A stretch of DNA of 64,000 nucleotides from a virus: the IMG/VR virus record IMGVR_UViG_3300005095_000015, positions 1 to 64,000 of that record, one strand, 5' to 3'. Positions 39,123 through 47,911 of the stretch are shown piece after piece; position 1 is the first letter of the stretch, and each line of letters starts with the position of its first letter. The translations under genes were made by a program, and so were the position numbers. Under the pieces are notes generated by a model. That model did not search any database and was not told the DNA's origin. It saw only the letters and a program-made list of their open reading frames with translations.

Positions 39123-40889
39123 ATGGGAGCTCCTGCAGTAACACTAAGAGAACAAGACATATCTACCAGGGTACCAAGTTTCCCTGGTATTTACGGTGGA
39201 ATTGTTATTCCAGCTAAGAAAGGACCAGTAAACAAGCCAACACTTGTTACTAATGAATCAGACTTGCTTAAGTATTTTACTCCTAACGAAAGAATAGAGG
39301 TTGGTTACGATCTTAGCTACTACTCTGCTCTAGCTTTCCTTCAGAAGAGTAATAAGCTTTGGGTGGTGAGAGTTGTTAACGGTGCTAAGTACGGTGGAGC
39401 TCAGATTGTAACTAGTACTTCAACTAACAGTAACTATCAAGCTGTCCAAGCTATAAGCGATTTAACCGCTTTCGATTTCGGTGCAAATGCAAGCACCTGG
39501 TCTCCTGGTACAGCTTACACTGTAGGACAAGAGGTTGTGCCAACTACTGCTAATGGTTATTATTATGTATGTGTCACTGCTGGTACTTCTGCCTCTGTTG
39601 AACCAACCTGGCCAACCACTTTGGGAGACACTGTAACAGATGGTGGTGTAACTTGGCTTTGTGTCGGAACATTAGATAGCTGCTTACTTATAACAGGAGC
39701 AAATGAAGGTGCTTGGAATAATGACATAGGTATTACCATTATAACTGATCCTGATGTAGTGAAAGTTGATAACGCTTTTATAGTACAGGTGTATAGGAAA
39801 AACGGAGATGTTGTGGAGCAAGTTGAAGAGTTTCTCTGCTCCAGAACCCCAGGTGCTAAGGATGGTTATGGTAGAAACATCTATGTAGAAGATGTGACCG
39901 AAGGTTCTAATTACATTAGAATTCGGAATAATCCAACTATTGACTCAACTGTCTTACCAAAGGCTCAGGATACAATTCTTTATCTTGCTCAGGGGACAGA
40001 TGGTGATGCAGTAACGAGTGCTCAGATGATAGCTGGTGCTGACTTGCTAGCTAACCCCGATGATGTCCCTCTTACTTTGCTTATGGATGGTGGCTGGGCT
40101 GTACCAGAGTATCAGCAAAAACTTTACAGTGTAGCTGAGTCGAGGAAAGATTGCGTAGCTATTTTGTCTACTCCTTATGACGCTGAAGACAGTGCTGATT
40201 ATCTCAATGAAATTGTAAACTATAGAAAAGTTGACCTGAATGCAAACACAAGCTACGCAGCAATCTTTACTCCGCATCTTAAAATCTATGATAAGTACAA
40301 TGACAGGTACATCTATGTGGCACCTGACGGCTATGCGGCTGCAGCTATCTCTGAAACCGCTTCTAACTATGAGATTTGGTTTGCTCCTGCTGGACCAAAG
40401 AGAGGTGTGCTCAATGTACTTGATGTGAAGAGAAGATTTGCTCAAGGTGAAATGGATTATCTCTACGATAACGGTATCAACCCAATTAGGTTCAAGCCAG
40501 GTAAGGGTATAGCGATTTGGGGACAGAAAACCTTGCTCAGTACTCCAAGCGCACTTGACAGATTGAATGTAAGATTGCTGTTTATAGTTATTGAGCCTGC
40601 TATTAAGGAAGCTCTTGATGGATTTTTGTTTGAGGTGAATGATGAGGCAACAAGGGCTTTGGTAACAGCTATGATACAATCTTATATGGACGGTATTAAG
40701 GCAAGAAGAGGAGTATACGATTATTACATTGTTTGTGACAGTACAAACAACACACCTGAAGACATAGACAATCACAGACTTAATGTTTGGTTGTTTGTGA
40801 AGCCGATCCAGGTTGCTGAGTACATACAGTTCACCACTATTATCACAAGAACAGGAGTTGACTTCAAAATAGCAGCACAAACACTGTAA
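39123..40889 (+). CDS. contractile tail sheath protein with CBM-like insertion
   Basis: KGPVNKP, GAWNN, WFAPAG..RG, INPI, WGQKT, RLNVRLL, FEVND, CDSTNNTP. Confidence 0.92.
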   Translation: MGAPAVTLREQDISTRVPSFPGIYGGIVIPAKKGPVNKPTLVTNESDLLKYFTPNERIEVGYDLSYYSALAFLQKSNKLWVVRVVNGAKYGGAQIVTSTSTNSNYQAVQAISDLTAFDFGANASTWSPGTAYTVGQEVVPTTANGYYYVCVTAGTSASVEPTWPTTLGDTVTDGGVTWLCVGTLDSCLLITGANEGAWNNDIGITIITDPDVVKVDNAFIVQVYRKNGDVVEQVEEFLCSRTPGAKDGYGRNIYVEDVTEGSNYIRIRNNPTIDSTVLPKAQDTILYLAQGTDGDAVTSAQMIAGADLLANPDDVPLTLLMDGGWAVPEYQQKLYSVAESRKDCVAILSTPYDAEDSADYLNEIVNYRKVDLNANTSYAAIFTPHLKIYDKYNDRYIYVAPDGYAAAAISETASNYEIWFAPAGPKRGVLNVLDVKRRFAQGEMDYLYDNGINPIRFKPGKGIAIWGQKTLLSTPSALDRLNVRLLFIVIEPAIKEALDGFLFEVNDEATRALVTAMIQSYMDGIKARRGVYDYYIVCDSTNNTPEDIDNHRLNVWLFVKPIQVAEYIQFTTIITRTGVDFKIAAQTL

Positions 40890-40890
40890 C

Positions 40891-40964
40891 GCCGGCGTAG
40901 CTCAACTTGGCAGAGCAGGGGATTTGTAATCCCTTGGGTGTGGGTTCAACTCCCTCCGCCGGCT
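40891..40964 (+). tRNA. tRNA-Thr(UGU), CCA not encoded
   Basis: Acceptor GCCGGCG/CGCCGGC, D arm GCTC/GAGC, anticodon arm GGGGA-TTTGTAA-TCCCT, T loop TTCAACT; one T-stem mismatch. Confidence 0.9.
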
Positions 40965-40990
40965 CTTAATCCAAGAGGAGGTGTTTAACG

Positions 40991-41509
40991 ATGGCAGTAA
41001 CTATAGACCAAATTAGAAACTTGGGAGACTTTCTCCCAGTTTACAAGTGGGATGTGCAAATTTCCAAAGTGCCGAATGGTGTCACTATTGACTCAAATGC
41101 CTTAAACTTTAGAATGCTTACCTCTGAAATACCAAAGATGACAGGCCAGTCTATTGAGATTAACATAAAAGGACACAAGGTGAAGCAGCCCGGTATTTAT
41201 AACTATTCTAACACCTTGAACATGACCTTTGCTGAGACAGTCGATGCTACAATACTTGACTTTATTAAACAGTGGAGAGAGTTGTGTTGGGAGACCAAAA
41301 CGGGTAAGCAGAAAAAGTCAGAGGATGTAAAGGCTGAGTTCCTGATGTTTTTGCTTAACAGACAAGACGAGGCTGTTTGGAAGTTTAGACTAATTGGCTG
41401 CTATCTTGAAGACTACGACTTAGGTTCTCTTGATGGTTCCTCTAGTGACATAGTTAGACCTTCCATTACCATAAGCTACGATTACTTTGAGGATGAGAAG
41501 GTAGCATAA
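40991..41509 (+). CDS. tail tube protein (T4 gp19-like)
   Basis: Follows sheath; gp19-type pattern ending ITISYDYF. Confidence 0.8.
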   Translation: MAVTIDQIRNLGDFLPVYKWDVQISKVPNGVTIDSNALNFRMLTSEIPKMTGQSIEINIKGHKVKQPGIYNYSNTLNMTFAETVDATILDFIKQWRELCWETKTGKQKKSEDVKAEFLMFLLNRQDEAVWKFRLIGCYLEDYDLGSLDGSSSDIVRPSITISYDYFEDEKVA

Positions 41510-41519
41510 GGTTTGAGCG

Positions 41520-42008
41520 ATGCCAGTATCTATAGATAAAGTTCGCAACATAGAATGGAGCAGGAGTTATCTTTGGGATGTTAAGTTTCCTGATGCACCT
41601 GCTCCGTTCAATGACTGGTTTCCGGCTATAGATGTTGAGCTCAACCTTGCAACTCTTAATTCTTACGAGTTTCAAGGTGGTGCGTCCACTTATAAGGTAC
41701 CTCAGCTTTCATCAGCATTTGACTTAAAAATAACCTATGTTGATGATATCAATGACAGTTTGACTAGATGGATTAGTGATTGGATAAATGCTGATATTCT
41801 TTCAGAGAATAACACTTTGAAACCGTTAAAACAGATTGTAAAAATGGTTCAGATTATGACTTTAGACCTCGACAGGACTCCACTTCATGTCTATTCACTC
41901 TGGGTGTATCCTGAAGGCAGCATCTATTTTCACGGCGATTCAAATGCAGATCCTCATACTTACACAGTTGATTTTGTAATAGTTGGTAAGGCAAAAACTA
42001 CTCATTAG
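41520..42008 (+). CDS. tube-fold baseplate/tube initiator protein
   Basis: Tube paralog (SIDKVRNIEW...WDVKF). Confidence 0.55.
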   Translation: MPVSIDKVRNIEWSRSYLWDVKFPDAPAPFNDWFPAIDVELNLATLNSYEFQGGASTYKVPQLSSAFDLKITYVDDINDSLTRWISDWINADILSENNTLKPLKQIVKMVQIMTLDLDRTPLHVYSLWVYPEGSIYFHGDSNADPHTYTVDFVIVGKAKTTH

Positions 42009-42020
42009 AGAGGTGCTTAA

Positions 42021-42800
42021 ATGAGATTAGAGAGAGTAACTCAAGAGCAGAATGTCCAGCAAACCACTGTTCAGTCTTTACCTAAGTTTGAAGTTACAAC
42101 TTTGCCTTCCCGAGGTATCCCTTATCCTAATGGATGGAAGATCTATTACTATCCTTATACTTACGGAGATTTGTTAAAACTTTCTCAATCTAAACTTGAT
42201 CCTGTGTCTGAAATAGAAGAGGTTTTAAAAGGTATAGAGTGTCAAGGTTTTGATAAGTATGATTTGACTATTTTTGACTTTCAATATCTATCTATTTTAC
42301 GACAGCTTTCCTTCTCTGATGATATCCAGGTTTTACTTGAAGCTCCTTGTCCTAGCTGTGGACAAATGGTTCAGAAGGCGGTATCTGCAAGCTCCGTACA
42401 GTACAGTGAGCTTGAAGTTCCCCAACTACCAGTAGTGGTTGAGATTGCTGGACAAGAGCTGGAGTTCTGCCCTCTTACTGTGGGAAAATTTGTAGAAGCA
42501 GTAAAGGTAAAGAAACATACAGATTTGATTTACCTCTTTGCTTTACAAGTTAGTAACCTTGACATCAATAAAGCGTATAGCCTTATCACTAATGCCTTTG
42601 GTGAGGATTTAGTAAAGCTAAAAACAGTTGAGGAAGTGCTTGACCACGGTTTACTACCAGTTGAACTGATCTGCAAGTGCGGCCACAAGTTTAGTGTGTT
42701 GTTTGGGAGAGATGCTGAGAACTACTTTTTTCGTCCCACATTTACCAACAAAAGAGCTGCTGGAACTTGGCTACGATTTGGCAAGGTATCAAATAGTTGA
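42021..42800 (+). CDS. baseplate hub / tail assembly chaperone (T4 gp26-like)
   Basis: LPSRGIPY, DFQYL..LR, CPSCG, CKCG...FFRP. Confidence 0.65.
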   Translation: MRLERVTQEQNVQQTTVQSLPKFEVTTLPSRGIPYPNGWKIYYYPYTYGDLLKLSQSKLDPVSEIEEVLKGIECQGFDKYDLTIFDFQYLSILRQLSFSDDIQVLLEAPCPSCGQMVQKAVSASSVQYSELEVPQLPVVVEIAGQELEFCPLTVGKFVEAVKVKKHTDLIYLFALQVSNLDINKAYSLITNAFGEDLVKLKTVEEVLDHGLLPVELICKCGHKFSVLFGRDAENYFFRPTFTNKRAAGTWLRFGKVSNS

Positions 42801-42894
42801 TTTCTATCATGTACAGTTTCTTGATGCAGGTATTCTCAGAGCTTTGCATGCAATGCTCATGAAGGAGTTAAAGGGAAAAGAAAATGCTCGGTGA
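42727..42894 (+). CDS. overlapping chaperone extension, probably reached by frameshift
   Basis: +1 frame ORF with no SD; TTTTTTCGT at 42726; abuts the tape measure start. Confidence 0.5.
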   Translation, partial: FFVPHLPTKELLELGYDLARYQIVDFYHVQFLDAGILRALHAMLMKELKGKENAR

Positions 42895-44521
42895 AACCTT
42901 TAACAGAGTTAAAGGTAGATTTGTTTCAGTTGTAGCTACCCCTTTGTCAAAACTTAAATCATCAGGGCTATCAAGTACATTTGCTCCAGGGGTGGCTGAG
43001 AAGTATCATAATGAGCTGGTAAATACTCTAGTCCAAGCAAAACAAACTGCTTCAATTCTTACTTACAATCAAAAGATACTTCAGGAGCTTGCTATAAAGG
43101 GAGATAAGCAGGCTATTGAAACGCTTAAGGTGCTAGAAAGCGTAAAGGAAACCAATACGATATTTGACAAGATTCTGAACCGTGAAAAGATTAGTAAAGA
43201 GGAAGCTGATCAGCTCGTTAATGTGCTAGAGAGGTTCACCGAGGTATTGCAAAACTTTGATAAGAATTTGGAAGTCAATCTAGGGCAGATTCTTGATGCA
43301 TACAAAGAGCTTATTAAAGATGAGAGAGTTTCAAGAGAAACAAGAGAGCAGATTGTTGAAGAGATTAAGCAGGTTGTAAAAGAGTCGCAGTTAACAGACG
43401 AAGCTGCTGAAGCTATTCTCAAGGCAGGAACAGATGAGTTTGACAGAATAAGCCTTGCTTTAGATAGGTTGAGTTCTGATGCTACTAATAAAAAGATGTA
43501 CGCTACATTGAGAGACTTAAACAAAAAATTTGATTTGTCTGTCCTTGAGAATAAAGAGCTTAAAGATTTACTTGAATCTGAAGTTGAGAAAGGTAAAAGT
43601 TTCAAAGAAGCGTTTCTTGAACATCCCGAAATCTTCTCTACAGCTAAAGATGTTTCCCGGTCCTTGGTTGCTTACGAAGCAGGAAGGATGTTCGGTCCAG
43701 TTGGACAGCTTATTGGCTCAATGTTTGGTGATAAATTTATAGAGTGGGTTGGTAAAGGGTTGTTTCGTGTTTTTAGTAGAGGTAGGATTGCTGGTTTGTT
43801 TGATAAAGTATTAGAGAAGATTCCTTTCGGCGGAAGGATAGGTGGTGTTGTAGAAGGAATGATACCTGCAGCTGGTGGCTTGGCTTCCGAGGCGGGAATC
43901 TTTGGCAAGATATTAGGTAAAGTTAAAGGACTTGGTGGTCTATTTAGCCTTGGTAAAATAGGAGATCTCCTGGGTGGTGTTACAAAGCTCGGTGGTGGAT
44001 TAGTAAAAGGACTTGGTTCAGTTATGGACTTTGTACCTGGCTTAGGACAGCTCTTAGCAATAGGTACAGGTTTATTTGGTGCTGTGAAGGGCTTCTTTAA
44101 TGCCAATCAGATAGCAGGGCATAAGGTAGGCTTAGGTGGTAGGTTAGGTGCAGCTGGTGCATCAGCTTTGTCTGCTTTGACGCTTGGATTGATTTCACCA
44201 AAGAGCATTTACAAGTTTGGGGAATCTGTCATTGGTAAGATTTCAAACTTCTTTGGTTCTTTGTTTGGTGGAAGTACAGAAGCCAAAGCTCAAACGAAAC
44301 CCAAGTTAGTCCAAGAGAGTGCTACAGCAGTCAAGCAGATACAGCAAGCTAAAGGAGCGAAAACATTACCGATTGATAAATCAGTAAAGAAAGAATCGCC
44401 AGCGGCTGGAGTAAGAGCTGAAGCTCCTACAGCTCAGTTTAACCTTACATTAGCAGCGCAGAGAAAGTTCTACATTGATGACTACGGAATAGCTTTTGCT
44501 AATATGGTATTATTTGGGTAA
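42884..44521 (+). CDS. tape measure protein
   Basis: Helical N-half, Gly/Leu-rich amphipathic C-half; position after the chaperones. Confidence 0.7.
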   Translation: MLGETFNRVKGRFVSVVATPLSKLKSSGLSSTFAPGVAEKYHNELVNTLVQAKQTASILTYNQKILQELAIKGDKQAIETLKVLESVKETNTIFDKILNREKISKEEADQLVNVLERFTEVLQNFDKNLEVNLGQILDAYKELIKDERVSRETREQIVEEIKQVVKESQLTDEAAEAILKAGTDEFDRISLALDRLSSDATNKKMYATLRDLNKKFDLSVLENKELKDLLESEVEKGKSFKEAFLEHPEIFSTAKDVSRSLVAYEAGRMFGPVGQLIGSMFGDKFIEWVGKGLFRVFSRGRIAGLFDKVLEKIPFGGRIGGVVEGMIPAAGGLASEAGIFGKILGKVKGLGGLFSLGKIGDLLGGVTKLGGGLVKGLGSVMDFVPGLGQLLAIGTGLFGAVKGFFNANQIAGHKVGLGGRLGAAGASALSALTLGLISPKSIYKFGESVIGKISNFFGSLFGGSTEAKAQTKPKLVQESATAVKQIQQAKGAKTLPIDKSVKKESPAAGVRAEAPTAQFNLTLAAQRKFYIDDYGIAFANMVLFG

Positions 44522-44527
44522 AGGACA

Positions 44528-45145
44528 ATGGCTGAGATAACTACATTCATAGAGCAAGAGCTACTGAATAATCCTTACTACAGGGTGTTAATTAACACTC
44601 CTGCAGGTGTGGTGAAAGGTTTTGTGATGACTGAGTTTCAGTTCTCTGCCCAAGCTGAGTACTCATCACCTTTTGAAAATATGGGACAGAGCGAAACTCT
44701 CAACATGGCAGCAACTGCTGTCTCAATGGCAACAGGTAAAGGGCAGTTTATGTTAAAGTCTTTGAGAACAACTGTAGCTACCTGGACAGGTACACAGAAA
44801 CCAACCTTTACACTACCTTTATTGATGATTTCACTAAATGGAGAAGATGTCAAGCAAGAAGTAGCTAAACTACTCAAAGGAGTATTTCCTACAGGAGTTG
44901 ATAAGTTGACTGCTCCTTATGGTTACGCAGTTGATGCTGAAGGTAATGTAAAGAGTGGAACTATATCGGTTCAGATTGGACAATGGTTTTATGCAAGGAA
45001 TCAGATATTACGCAGCGTTGATGTTCAGTTTTCCAAAGAGGTTTTGAACAACGGGCTACCTCTCTATGCAAGCGTAACTATCACTTTTGAACCATATAGA
45101 CTGCCTAATGCAGATGAAATACTTAGGTATTTTAAGGTGAGTTAG
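44528..45145 (+). CDS. baseplate tube-cap protein (gp48-like)
   Basis: Position; C-terminal GLPLYASVTITF. Confidence 0.5.
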   Translation: MAEITTFIEQELLNNPYYRVLINTPAGVVKGFVMTEFQFSAQAEYSSPFENMGQSETLNMAATAVSMATGKGQFMLKSLRTTVATWTGTQKPTFTLPLLMISLNGEDVKQEVAKLLKGVFPTGVDKLTAPYGYAVDAEGNVKSGTISVQIGQWFYARNQILRSVDVQFSKEVLNNGLPLYASVTITFEPYRLPNADEILRYFKVS

Positions 45146-45147
45146 TT

Positions 45148-45504
45148 ATGGCTGGATACTTTTACATAAATCTAGGCTATGATTCGCCGGTAAGATATGA
45201 TGAAGCAAAGTTTATGGAATACGATACCGATGTGTACGATTCTCTCACTTCGTACTTTTTGGATGTACTAAGAAAACTACCGGTTCACGGTGAGTATGTA
45301 GTGGTTGATGAGGAAGGAAGACCTGATCTGCTGTCTCACAGAATTTATGGATCTACACAGTACTGGTGGATATTACTTGTGTACAACAATCTGGTAAGTC
45401 CTTTTGATGTACAAAGCGGAATGACTATAAGATATCCATCTATTGACGACTTAGAAGCTCTCTTCTTTAAACTAGCTGCCTTACAAAGAGGTAAGACCTT
45501 ATGA
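45148..45504 (+). CDS. baseplate wedge protein, gp53/LysM-like
   Basis: RPDLLSHRIYGSTQYWWILLVYN. Confidence 0.8.
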   Translation: MAGYFYINLGYDSPVRYDEAKFMEYDTDVYDSLTSYFLDVLRKLPVHGEYVVVDEEGRPDLLSHRIYGSTQYWWILLVYNNLVSPFDVQSGMTIRYPSIDDLEALFFKLAALQRGKTL

Positions 45505-46631
45505 TAGGTGTAGAAGGACAATATTTACTTAAAGTAAGTTTAGGCGACCTGGATGATTTCCTTAAAGAGGAGGATTTGATATCTTTCACCTTGATAGAGG
45601 AAGTTGGTAATGTATTGCCACAGTTTGAGTTAATGTTTACTACCGCTGACGCTGATATTCTCTCGTACATAAGTGAAGGGAATAAACTGCAAATCTCTTT
45701 AGGAAGTCATCATTTAGAGCTACTTCCATCACCTTACATGATATTTAGTAAACAGATAGCAAAGGCTGGGCATCAGTTGTTTAGATTGAAATTGGTTGGC
45801 TTATATGACGCTCCTAGATATCTTTCTGAAGACAAAAGTCGTGCGTTTAGCGGAAACTCAAGTGAAGTTATTGTACAAATAGCTCAAGAAAATGGTTTTA
45901 CAGTAGACAACCAAGCAACGACTAACGATGCTCAGAACTGGTTGCAGTCTTCTATTTCTGATAAGCTGTTTGTAAATAAAGTGTGGTTGCATTCGTGGAT
46001 TGATAACTCGGTGCTTACTCTTGCTATAACATCTGATGGTTCTTTTCTACTCCGTGATATTAGAAAGCTCGCTACAGAAGATGAAAAGTGGAAATTTGTA
46101 CCTAATGATCCTAGAAGTGACAAAGAACATTCCTACGGCGGTGACTATGTGGTGATATCAGAGACAGGATTTTTGAATCAATATGCAGGCTACGGAAGAC
46201 AGTTTGAGCAGATAAGCCTTTTAGATTCTACCATAGAGACTGTTGTGCCTGATATCTCACCAATCTTTGGACTTTCGCAAGCATTGGATAGGTTTGCTGA
46301 GCTGGTGGGTAAGAGGAAAAGTGTTCAGCTTCCTGTTAACGATAATGTGCACAGTAACTACTGGAAAGCTTACTTCAACAATTTAGCTTTTTTATCATCC
46401 TTAAGCTCAACGAGAATACAGCTTACGGTTGCAGGTTATTACTTACCAGTGCGCCCTTTAGACCTAGTTCACTTTTATGAGTATGATCCTAATAACAAAA
46501 TCTCAGTTGGTGCTTATTCAGGTTTGTATGTTGTAACTAAGGTGTCAAGAGTTATTACCAACAAGTCCTTTCAAACACATATAGAGATAAGTAGGGAAGT
46601 ATTGAACTTCCTTAAAGGAGATATAGGGTAA
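45501..46631 (+). CDS. baseplate hub protein (gp27-like)
   Basis: Position; SGLYVVTKV C-terminal motif. Confidence 0.6.
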   Translation: MIGVEGQYLLKVSLGDLDDFLKEEDLISFTLIEEVGNVLPQFELMFTTADADILSYISEGNKLQISLGSHHLELLPSPYMIFSKQIAKAGHQLFRLKLVGLYDAPRYLSEDKSRAFSGNSSEVIVQIAQENGFTVDNQATTNDAQNWLQSSISDKLFVNKVWLHSWIDNSVLTLAITSDGSFLLRDIRKLATEDEKWKFVPNDPRSDKEHSYGGDYVVISETGFLNQYAGYGRQFEQISLLDSTIETVVPDISPIFGLSQALDRFAELVGKRKSVQLPVNDNVHSNYWKAYFNNLAFLSSLSSTRIQLTVAGYYLPVRPLDLVHFYEYDPNNKISVGAYSGLYVVTKVSRVITNKSFQTHIEISREVLNFLKGDIG

Positions 46632-47299
46632 TGTTTATCAAGTTACCTGAAGTGTTGAAAAAGAGAAACCCATTAGAGACAATCTGGCTTGGAACAGTGG
46701 TAGATAATAATGATCCAAAGAGGCTCGGCAGAGTAAAAGTTTCTATTCCTGGGCTGTGGGACGGTATAGAAACCGATGACTTACCTTGGTGTAGTCCTAT
46801 TAACCCTTACGGACTCGGTGGAAGTTCGAACTGTTCTTGGTTCTCTGTACCTGAAGTAGGAAGCGAGGTTTTAGTTTGCTTTCCTTACAAGGATCCGCAC
46901 TTTCCTTTTTACTTTGGTTACTTCCAAACAAGTAAAACACACCAAACCAAGTTTGATGCTGACTATCCAAATAGTTATGGTTGGGTTGATAGCAAAGGAA
47001 ACTACTTATTAGTAGATAAGTCGAGTGGGCAGGTAACGGTCAATCACTTCAGCGGCACAACCATAACGATAGATAGCAGTGGTAATGTGTCTATACAGAT
47101 AGTGGGAAATGATACAGTGAATATAAGTGGGGATTGTAGCTTAACCGTTCAAGGATCTGCTTCGGTTAAGGCTAGCGGAGGGGTAACTATTGACGGAGGA
47201 TCAGGTTCTTTATCTGGAGTTGTAACCCAGCAATGTATTTGTCCATTTACAGGTGCTCCTCACAGCGACTATTCAGGTGATGTCAAAGCAAGTAAGTAG
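46631..47299 (+). CDS. baseplate central spike (gp5/gpV OB fold plus beta-helix)
   Basis: VVDNNDPKRLGRVKV, LPW, VPEVGSEV; no lysozyme domain. Confidence 0.85.
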   Translation: MFIKLPEVLKKRNPLETIWLGTVVDNNDPKRLGRVKVSIPGLWDGIETDDLPWCSPINPYGLGGSSNCSWFSVPEVGSEVLVCFPYKDPHFPFYFGYFQTSKTHQTKFDADYPNSYGWVDSKGNYLLVDKSSGQVTVNHFSGTTITIDSSGNVSIQIVGNDTVNISGDCSLTVQGSASVKASGGVTIDGGSGSLSGVVTQQCICPFTGAPHSDYSGDVKASK

Positions 47300-47310
47300 G
47301 AGGTAACGCA

Positions 47311-47523
47311 ATGGCAATGAGTGCTTCAAGTCTAAAATCAAGGATAGTTACAAATCTAACCAATGCTGGATTTGATGTTACAGCAACCGGTAAAGACGGC
47401 ATAACTTGGATGGATAAGTTTCTCGATGCTATCTCCCAGGCGATTATCGATGAGATAACATCAAATGCTGAGGCAGTAGGACAAGACAGTAACGGTGATA
47501 CTCACGATCTTTCAATAATCTAA
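47311..47523 (+). CDS. small baseplate-region protein
   Basis: SD AGGAGG. Confidence 0.5.
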   Translation: MAMSASSLKSRIVTNLTNAGFDVTATGKDGITWMDKFLDAISQAIIDEITSNAEAVGQDSNGDTHDLSII

Positions 47524-47539
47524 TCGGTAGAGGTTAGCA

Positions 47540-47911
47540 ATGCCTATTTATTCAGATATAAATGTGCTGCCTGAAAAAGGTAAAAGCCCTGTTGTTTACG
47601 ATGTAGAAGCTGTATACCAAAGCATAGAGCATATACTATCCACCAAACCGGGAGAAAGGCTTTTCCTACCTGACTTCTATGCAGAGCTTGAATCTTTGCT
47701 TATGGAGCCTATAGATGATGAAACCTCTTTTAAAATTCTTGATACCATCCTTGGTGCAATAGAGAAGTGGGAAAACAGGGTGTATTTGCTTTATGCAGAA
47801 TGTCAAGTTACTCCAAAGCCTGACGAGCATGCATACGATGTTAAGCTCGTATTCAGAATAAGAGGCATAGAAGGACAAACATTTGAGTATAGAGGGGTGT
47901 TGAGGAAATGA
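47540..47911 (+). CDS. baseplate wedge / sheath initiator (gp25-like)
   Basis: SIEHILSTKPGERLFLPDF, IEKWENRV. Confidence 0.85.
   Translation: MPIYSDINVLPEKGKSPVVYDVEAVYQSIEHILSTKPGERLFLPDFYAELESLLMEPIDDETSFKILDTILGAIEKWENRVYLLYAECQVTPKPDEHAYDVKLVFRIRGIEGQTFEYRGVLRK

Noticed and set aside
40891-40964. tRNA as a prophage attachment site
   Set aside because: It lies within contiguous tail genes, with no integrase, duplicated 3' end or host genes
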